Assembly (NCBI GenBank): GCA_039588295.1
Contig: JBDHAB010000064.1
Span: forward strand, 1 to 13,323
Length of the DNA: 13,323 nucleotides
Source of the DNA: Gemmatimonadota bacterium
GTDB lineage: Bacteria > Gemmatimonadota > Gemmatimonadetes > Gemmatimonadales > GWC2-71-9
Direction: 5' to 3'
In this document: piece after piece, positions 7,505-13,323 of the stretch
How positions within the stretch are numbered: the first letter of the stretch is position 1
Layout of the letters: each line of letters begins with the position of its first letter
Notes under the pieces: generated by a model
Databases searched by the model: none
What the model was told of the DNA's origin: nothing
Seen by the model: the letters and a program-made list of their open reading frames with translations, nothing else
Translations under genes and position numbers: made by a program

Positions 7505-8311
7505 TCATTTCTCACTTTGCTCTACGAGTTCGATTTCGTACAGGGTCCGCCAGAGTTTGCCGGTCACGAAGAGACGGCCGTTCTCGGCGTCGTAGGCGAT
7601 ACCGTTGGGGACACCACGGCGAGGAACACCCAGGCCGGCGACGCTGATGCGTCCCCTCACCCTGCCGGATGTTGGCGATATAGCGACAATGACATCCGAT
7701 TGGAAAATATTGGCGTATATCATTCCGTCGATGTACTCCAACTCGTTGAGCCAGGTCACGGGACCGTTGTTGTCAATGACGGTCACTCGTCCGACTTCGG
7801 CGAAGGTTCTCTTGTCACGAAAATAGAGTGTATCGGTGCCATCGCTCATTATGAAGCGATTCCCATCGTGCGTCAGCCCCCAGCCCAGTGTCGGATAATC
7901 GAAGCGGCCGATCTCGGTGAAGGAATCATTTTCGTAAATCACCGCTTCGTTGGATGCCCAGGTCAGCTGCACGATCGTATCACCCCAGACAGCTACCCCT
8001 TCGCCGAAGAACTGCGGTTCCGGCATGTCGCGAATCTGCAGCACCCTCCCCGTCTCGACCTCGACCCGCCGCAGCGTCGATGATCCCATGTAGAGGCCTG
8101 TCCCCTCCACAAACACGCTGTCGACGTACACCAAGCCTTGGGTGGGCGCGTCCTCGTCGTGTGGGTACTCGTTCACGATGCGGTAAGTATAGTTCGTTAT
8201 TGTCGTGGCGGGTGGCGGTGGCGAAACCGATTCGGAACACGCGCTCAACAGGGTCACTGCCGCTGCGCTCGCCAACGTGAGGGACTGCTTTATGGAGTTG
8301 GCAAGGTCCAT
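7505..8311 (-). CDS. Glutaminyl-peptide cyclotransferase (plant/bacterial beta-propeller type), lipoprotein
   Basis: YPHD..xTQGL, EGTGLY, FFGEG, QLTW, GWGL, MSDG, LNELE, NGIAYD, VTGKLW. Lipobox LSAC at residues 22-25 from ATG 8311. Alternative start at 8335. Confidence 0.93.
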   Translation of the reverse strand: MDLANSIKQSLTLASAAAVTLLSACSESVSPPPPATTITNYTYRIVNEYPHDEDAPTQGLVYVDSVFVEGTGLYMGSSTLRRVEVETGRVLQIRDMPEPQFFGEGVAVWGDTIVQLTWASNEAVIYENDSFTEIGRFDYPTLGWGLTHDGNRFIMSDGTDTLYFRDKRTFAEVGRVTVIDNNGPVTWLNELEYIDGMIYANIFQSDVIVAISPTSGRVRGRISVAGLGVPRRGVPNGIAYDAENGRLFVTGKLWRTLYEIELVEQSEK

Positions 8312-8362
8312 TCTGAAACACGGGATCCCAATCATCGCGGTTGCTAGACTGCACCGTTACCT

Positions 8363-8371
8363 ATTGTAGCA
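8363..8371 (-). promoter_or_regulatory. Putative extended -10 promoter (TGcTACAAT) for the glutaminyl cyclase gene
   Basis: Matches TGnTAnAAT on the - strand, about 50 nt upstream of ATG 8311. Confidence 0.55.
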
Positions 8372-8510
8372 GGAATAGACCAGGAATCAAAGCACCGGTC
8401 CAGCAACGCATCGACGTCATCGAAACGCTCGTCGTTGTCTTTTCGTGCCCGATGTTCACAATCCCGCGTACACAAGGACGTTAGATTGTCGACTACGACA
8501 CAGGGGCGCC

Positions 8511-8519
8511 TGCTACAAT
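8511..8519 (+). promoter_or_regulatory. Putative extended -10 promoter (TGcTACAAT) for the Omp85-family gene
   Basis: Matches TGnTAnAAT, 36 nt upstream of ATG 8556. Confidence 0.55.
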
Positions 8520-8555
8520 GGCTCTACCCCGGCTCTTTGGATACGCGGGCTTCTA

Positions 8556-9647
8556 ATGATGCGTGCTCGGCTTTTTGCAGCGCTGTTACTGACGGTCGTG
8601 GCCGCCACCGGCGCCAGGGCCCAGGAAGACACCACATCCACTAGGAAGAGGAGTGGATACGTGTTCATTCCCGCGATCTACTACACACCCGAGACCGAGT
8701 TGGCAGCCGGCGCAGTCGTCATGTTCTACTTCCGTCGCGAGAGCAGCCCCGACGACGCCATACCCTCCACAATTACGCCTACGCTGATCTTTACGCGGCG
8801 AGAACAGGTGATCGCTGACCTCGGAGCAAGTATCTACTTCGACGACGCCGGTTACTGGCTTACCGCGGGTGTCAGCTTTGAAAGGTACCCCGACAAGTTC
8901 TGGGGTATCGGCCCCGACACCGACGCGGAGGCCGAGGAGGACTTCACGCCAAAGACCTTCGCGGTCGGTGGAACGCTGCGGCGCGCGTTGCGAGAGGGAT
9001 TGCGCATCGGTGCGTCGTACGAGTTTGCCAACGATGAAATCACCGAGGTGCAAGAGGACGGCGATCTCGCGACCGGGATGGTACACGGAAGCGACGGGGG
9101 GGTGGTGTCCGGCGTCGGCCTTGCCATTAGCTGGGACATGCGCGACAACACGTTCTACGCCACCCGTGGCAGCTTTCATCAGGCGTCGGTGCGATGGTTC
9201 GGGTCCGCGCTCGGCAGCGACTATGACTACGTGGCCTTCAACGCCGACCTGCGCAAGTACATCACTCTCGGCACACGCGCTGTGCTAGCGCTGCAAGGCG
9301 TTTACGCGGGTGTCGACGGCACCGCGCCGTTTCGACGGCTGCCGCAGTTCGGAGGTCCATCGTTGGTGCGCGGATACTGGGCGGGACGTTATCGGGACAA
9401 CCACACCGCTGTGGGACAGGTCGATCTGCGCGTCAAGATCGGTTGGCACATCGGCGCGATCGCGTTCGGTTCAGTCGGCAACGTCGCACCCAGACTGGAC
9501 GCTTTCCGGTCCGAGTACATTCGGGCCACGGGTGGCTTCGGAGTACGGTATTTCTTCAATGAAACCGAAGGCGTGAGTGCACGCGCGGACTTCGCGTTTG
9601 GCGGAAACGCCATGGGTCCCTACATCTACATAAACGAGGCCTTTTAG
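8556..9647 (+). CDS. BamA/TamA (Omp85)-family outer-membrane beta-barrel protein lacking POTRA domains
   Basis: Signal peptide MMRARLFAALLLTVVAATGARA/Q, PAIYYTPET, WDMRDN, the loop-6 motif GGPSLVRGY, GFGVRY, and a C-terminal YIYINEAF beta-signal ending in Phe. Confidence 0.88.
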   Translation: MMRARLFAALLLTVVAATGARAQEDTTSTRKRSGYVFIPAIYYTPETELAAGAVVMFYFRRESSPDDAIPSTITPTLIFTRREQVIADLGASIYFDDAGYWLTAGVSFERYPDKFWGIGPDTDAEAEEDFTPKTFAVGGTLRRALREGLRIGASYEFANDEITEVQEDGDLATGMVHGSDGGVVSGVGLAISWDMRDNTFYATRGSFHQASVRWFGSALGSDYDYVAFNADLRKYITLGTRAVLALQGVYAGVDGTAPFRRLPQFGGPSLVRGYWAGRYRDNHTAVGQVDLRVKIGWHIGAIAFGSVGNVAPRLDAFRSEYIRATGGFGVRYFFNETEGVSARADFAFGGNAMGPYIYINEAF

Positions 9648-9662
9648 GCTCGCCTCCCGGAG

Positions 9663-9704
9663 CCATGGAAACGCCGCTTCGCTGTTAGGGCGGCGTTTTT
9701 ATGG
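9663..9704 (+). terminator. Intrinsic terminator-like hairpin after the Omp85 gene
   Basis: Stem AAACGCCGC (9669-9677)/GCGGCGTTT (9690-9698), extendable to 9663/9704 with two G-U pairs. T-run at 9696-9700. Begins 15 nt after the TAG stop. Confidence 0.75.
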
Positions 9705-9710
9705 TACAAT
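9702..9710 (+). promoter_or_regulatory. Putative extended -10 promoter (TGgTACAAT)
   Basis: Third TGnTACAAT in the region, abutting the terminator, upstream of the small ORF at 9756 and the SGNH gene. Confidence 0.5.
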
Positions 9711-9858
9711 TAGCTTCAGCCAACCACAAGCGTATTCAACGCACAGGAGCCCCTCATGCGAACCCCACCGCAAACCCGGTACCTCCCAGCAGTACTGGCA
9801 GCTAATCTTGGCGCCGCCAATGCCCGACAGTTTCATTCCTGCTATCCGGAAGGCAGTG

Positions 9859-11007
9859 ATGATGACCAGGCGTAGACAGGCGTTGTTTGCAGCCGTGACC
9901 ATCGTCCTCGTGCTTCTTGTCTTCGAGCTTGGTTCCTTCCTACTGCTCAGAACTATTGGATCGACCAAGTATCAACGCCGGACAGTGGCCCAGCTATTCC
10001 ACCCCTTTAGGGGATGGGGGAACGCACCCAGAACAACGCGTACGATACCCATGTGCGGTGGGAAGTATCAGAGCGAAATCGATGTCGATAAGCACGGTCG
10101 CGTGGTGACTCCACGCTTCGGTTTTCCCGATCCGGACCTGCGAATTGTGATCACCGGCGGCAGCACCGTGTTTGGGATGGGGTCCTCAACCAGCGCGACC
10201 ACGGTACCCTCATATCTGGAGCAGATCATATATGATAGCACGGGTCTCAAGGTCGAGGTGTACAACCTGGGTGTGCTTAGCTACACATCGTTCCAGCAGA
10301 TGCTGAGCCTCTATGAATTCCTACAGGGAAATGACGCCGACTTGGCGCTGGCGGTTGGCGGGTTCAACGACTCGGCTTTCGGTGCCTTTCAACCAGATGC
10401 GAGGTCGGCGTCTCTCCCTCGTAAGGCGTACGAGACCGCTGCGTTCGTTCGGGCAGCGGAACGCGAGGAGCTATCCGCCATCCGGGCTGGACTGCATATC
10501 CTCGTGGGACGTTTGCGCGCGGGTTCTTGGACCGTCGAGCTTTTCTACGAGATGTGGCTCAAGCTTCGCCAGCGAATTGGCGCCGGGGCGAGTCCGTCAC
10601 GCGGCGACGATTGGGTGGAGAGCTATGACAACATCGGGGAACGGGTTCTGGCGACCAATACACATTACGCGCTAATGAACACGATTGCGAAAGAGAAAGG
10701 TGTCCGTTTTGCGATGTTTCTTCAGCCGACGGCCCTTACCAAGCGCGCACTAACTGAATCCGAGGTTGACTGCATGCGCGTGTCTAAAAGCGCCGAGAAG
10801 CTTAAGTATCTCGATGAATACCAGCGCCGGTTCTACGCCGCCTTTCGCTCGGTTGGCAAGTCCTTCACGTTCCACGACATCTCCCATTGCCTCGACGACA
10901 TCGAAACGGATGCTTACGTCGACTCCTCGCATTACACCGACGCGGCCGCGTTCATAGTGGCTGAAGTGCTGTTCCAGAAGATCGACGTGTGGACCGAGGA
11001 TCAGTGA
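9859..11007 (+). CDS. Membrane-anchored SGNH/GDSL hydrolase-family protein
   Basis: N-terminal RRRQ plus a TM anchor. Block I ITGGSTVFG, block II YNLGV, block III GGFND, then FLQP and block V YVDSSHYT. Start ambiguous (9820/9859/9862). Confidence 0.85.
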   Translation: MMTRRRQALFAAVTIVLVLLVFELGSFLLLRTIGSTKYQRRTVAQLFHPFRGWGNAPRTTRTIPMCGGKYQSEIDVDKHGRVVTPRFGFPDPDLRIVITGGSTVFGMGSSTSATTVPSYLEQIIYDSTGLKVEVYNLGVLSYTSFQQMLSLYEFLQGNDADLALAVGGFNDSAFGAFQPDARSASLPRKAYETAAFVRAAEREELSAIRAGLHILVGRLRAGSWTVELFYEMWLKLRQRIGAGASPSRGDDWVESYDNIGERVLATNTHYALMNTIAKEKGVRFAMFLQPTALTKRALTESEVDCMRVSKSAEKLKYLDEYQRRFYAAFRSVGKSFTFHDISHCLDDIETDAYVDSSHYTDAAAFIVAEVLFQKIDVWTEDQ

Positions 11008-11051
11008 GCGCCCCGAATGTATCCCCTCGCCGGTACGTTTCCGACAGCCCC

Positions 11052-11122
11052 CACGGCAGAGCGACGGTGATCATAGCGATGCTCCACCATGGTGAGGTGT
11101 CGGGGGTTTGGACGAGGAGTCG
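11052..11122 (-). repeat. Diverged direct-repeat copy of the SSS transporter 3' region (partner 12343-12414)
   Basis: Manual alignment gives 64 of 72 columns identical (7 substitutions, 1 gap). The - strand reads RLLVQTPDTSPWWSIAMITVAL versus RLLVQTPNTSPWWSIAMIAVAL in the intact gene. Confidence 0.93.
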
Positions 11123-11167
11123 TAGCGCAGTTGTCCCACGAACACCCGCTCCCCCGACCCAGTCATA

Positions 11168-12184
11168 CTACCGCATTAGCACCATCTTGCGAGTCTTTGC
11201 AAAGCCGGGCGCCGTCATGCGATAGAAGTAGACACCCGACGCGACACTGTTCCCACCATCGTTTCTTGCGTCCCAAGTGACCCGCTTCTTGCCAGCCGTC
11301 TGAGGCCCGTCTGCGACCGTGCGCAGGAGCTGTCCGTTGACATCGAAAATCCGCAGTGTTACCTCACCGCCGCCGGCCGGCACATCGTAGGCAATTATGG
11401 TGCTCGGGTTAAACGGGTTCGGTACGTTCTGATGAAGCGCGAATCGAGCGGGCAGCGCGGGGTCTTCGACGCCCGTCGGTGCCCCCGCGGACGCCGGGCC
11501 GCTCTCGTTGCCCGCGTGATCCAGCGCGGTGACCTTGTAGTACACCATACCTCCGTCGAAATCCGGGTCGGTCCGGTTCGGAGTCGCGGTCGAGTGCACG
11601 AGGCTACCCGGCCCCGGCATAAAGTTGGGGTCGGTGTCCCGATAGATTCTGTAATACTGAAAGTCCGGCTCGGGCGATGGATCCCAGCCGAGCTGATTGC
11701 CGCTGCCGGTATTGTAGGCGGCCGTCATGTTCTGCGGTACACCGGGGGCAATGTTGTCCACCGAGTAGCCGCTGTCGGGTGGACTATCGAAGAACATCGA
11801 AGGTGTCGTTGTGTGCGCGGAGATGAAGTAGACCGAATACACAATGGTGTCTGATGAGTCCACCACCGTGGGCGCGCGAAAGATGTAGTTTTGCTCCTGG
11901 CGCGCGGGCACGGTGCCGACCACTTCCCAGACGCCCGGAGGGGCCGCGGCGCTGAGTGGCACGAGGAACTCACGATCACCCCAACGTCGCACGTTCCATA
12001 ACGGATTCGACAACGACACTGGGGTTCGCATGGTCTCGGCCCCGGGTAAAGGACCTCCATCGCGATCAGCCGCTGTGCCCTCCGCCAGGACGTTGGCGAT
12101 GAGTCCGGGGTCGTCGACGCGCTGGTATATTCCGTAGATCGTGATTGGGAAGCCTGCCTCATCCACACGATCGAGCACCGACCG
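11168..12184 (-). pseudogene. 5'-truncated secreted/surface protein gene: fibronectin-III-like domain plus C-terminal FlgD Ig-like (T9SS-CTD-like) domain
   Basis: C-terminus FALHQNVPNPFNPSTIIAYDV...LRIFDVNGQLLRTV...WDARNDGGNSVASGVYFYRM...KMVLMR. FN3-like DNIAPGVPQN...WDPSPEPDFQYYRIYR...YYKVTALDHAGNES. No signal peptide or SD. The frame meets a stop 13 codons upstream of GTG 12178 inside AT-rich sequence. Confidence 0.75.
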
Positions 12185-12303
12185 GTAACTTCCCAGGTGA
12201 ATAGTGCTTTCAATATCGAAATGCTATCCAGCGTCGACATTACATCAGCTATTGAAGAACATGATCCCACAGCCATTGCTCCCTTTCCCCGTGCGATCGA
12301 TCG

Positions 12304-13323
12304 TCACGTGCCGCGCCGAACCGCGCGCAGCCAGGACGGGGTCACGGCGAGAGCGACGGCGATCATGGCGATGCTCCACCAGGGCGAGGTGTTGGGGGTT
12401 TGCACGAGGAGGCGGCCCACGCCGAGGAGCATGAGAAACAGCGAAGCGGCGGTCAGGAGCATGGAACGCACGCGCAGTGCGAGGGCGCGTTGGGGCGCAC
12501 GCGGCGGGTCACCGGCCAAGTGCGCTGTCCGGGCCCAGAAGCCGACGGGCTGTACGCGCCGGTAAAATCTCGAGAGCACTTGATCATCGGTTCTAGGGGT
12601 CAGGTAGGTGATCCCGACGGCTACCGCCGTGGTCACGAGCGCCATGGTCCCGAGTCGGATCCACTCGGTGTCGGGGTTGGTGCCGAGGGTGATCAGCAGC
12701 AGCGGGGCGGTGACGAGCGAGGTGGCGATGGCGGCGAGCTCGGAGTAGAGGTTGATGCGCTCCCAGAGCCAGCGCAGCACGAGCACGGAACCCATCCCGG
12801 CGCCGAAGAGGAGCGATATGAACCAGGCGGTCTGGATGGAGCCGAGGTTGGCCATGATGGTGATGGCGATGGCCAGGATGAGGAGGTTGGAGAGCCGGGC
12901 CACGATGACGAGCTCGCGGCCGCGGGGCTCGCGCTTGCGCCAGTGGCGGCAGACGAGGCGGTCGTAGATGTCGTTGCTCCAGTAGGATGCGCCCCAGTTG
13001 AGGTGGGTGTCCACGGTGGATGCGAGGGCGGCGAGGAGGCCCACGAGCATGAGTCCGCGGATGCCGGGTGGCAGCAGATCGTCGATGCCGGTGACGAAGA
13101 GGATCTCGCGCGAGGCGGCGAAGCCGTCGCCGGTAGCTTGGTTAGCTGTGAAGGGATAGAGCACGAGGAGCCCCACAGCGATGGCCAACCACAAGAGGCT
13201 ACGGAGGAAGATCTGCACCCAGGTGAAGACCACCCCGGCCACGCGGGCGTCGCGGTCGGTGCGGCAGGCCATGGAGCGCTGGGCGAGGTAGCCGGTGCCG
13301 TCGGAATTCATCTGGAAGAACCA
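12304..13323 (-). CDS. Sodium:solute symporter (SSS) family protein, 5'-partial
   Basis: GYLAQRSMAC, LPPGIRGLMLVGLLAALASTVDTHLNWGASYWSNDIY, LRWLWERIN, FYRRVQPVGFW and multiple TM segments. The frame is open to the window edge. Confidence 0.92.
   Translation of the reverse strand, partial: WFFQMNSDGTGYLAQRSMACRTDRDARVAGVVFTWVQIFLRSLLWLAIAVGLLVLYPFTANQATGDGFAASREILFVTGIDDLLPPGIRGLMLVGLLAALASTVDTHLNWGASYWSNDIYDRLVCRHWRKREPRGRELVIVARLSNLLILAIAITIMANLGSIQTAWFISLLFGAGMGSVLVLRWLWERINLYSELAAIATSLVTAPLLLITLGTNPDTEWIRLGTMALVTTAVAVGITYLTPRTDDQVLSRFYRRVQPVGFWARTAHLAGDPPRAPQRALALRVRSMLLTAASLFLMLLGVGRLLVQTPNTSPWWSIAMIAVALAVTPSWLRAVRRGT
12343..12414 (-). repeat. Direct-repeat partner of 11052-11122, inside the SSS gene 3' end
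   Basis: Same manual alignment as 11052-11122. Confidence 0.93.

Noticed and set aside
8445..8555. Longer N-terminus for the Omp85 gene
   Set aside because: It would bury the signal peptide, and it spans the putative promoter at 8511-8519.
11725..12276. 183-aa - strand ORF with an SD-like GGGAG
   Set aside because: Most of it overlaps the FN3/FlgD gene out of frame with non-protein-like composition. Its first 30 codons do not form a signal peptide that would repair the truncated gene.
1..13323. CRISPR array, IS/transposase, integrase or phage genes
   Set aside because: No regularly spaced repeats and no recombinase or phage motifs were seen in any ORF.

Overview
GC-rich bacterial chromosomal window. 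The FlgD-type C-terminal domain gene suggests an FCB-related lineage such as Krumholzibacteriota, Latescibacterota or Eisenbacteria (inference only). Left (+ strand): a tightly coupled operon of two paralogous AlkP-superfamily (NPP/phosphodiesterase-like) genes, a 64-aa ribbon-helix-helix-like protein ending in the 'RLxxLGY' motif, and a three-TM membrane protein resembling the DUF106/EMC3/TMCO1 (Oxa1) family. The first AlkP gene is broken by a deletion/frameshift near 368. Centre (- strand): tRNA-Leu(TAA), a pabB-pabC-like fusion, and an MFS transporter that probably starts at CTG. Right: a visibly lower-GC accessory patch with a lipoprotein glutaminyl cyclase, a POTRA-less Omp85-family barrel, an SGNH hydrolase and a 5'-truncated FN3/FlgD surface-protein gene. 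The patch ends at the 3' end of a sodium:solute symporter gene, of which a diverged ~71-bp piece is duplicated about 1.3 kb away, suggesting an integration/recombination scar. No integrase, transposase or CRISPR array was seen. The best candidate for an undescribed system is the AlkP-AlkP-RHH/LGY-Oxa1-like operon.
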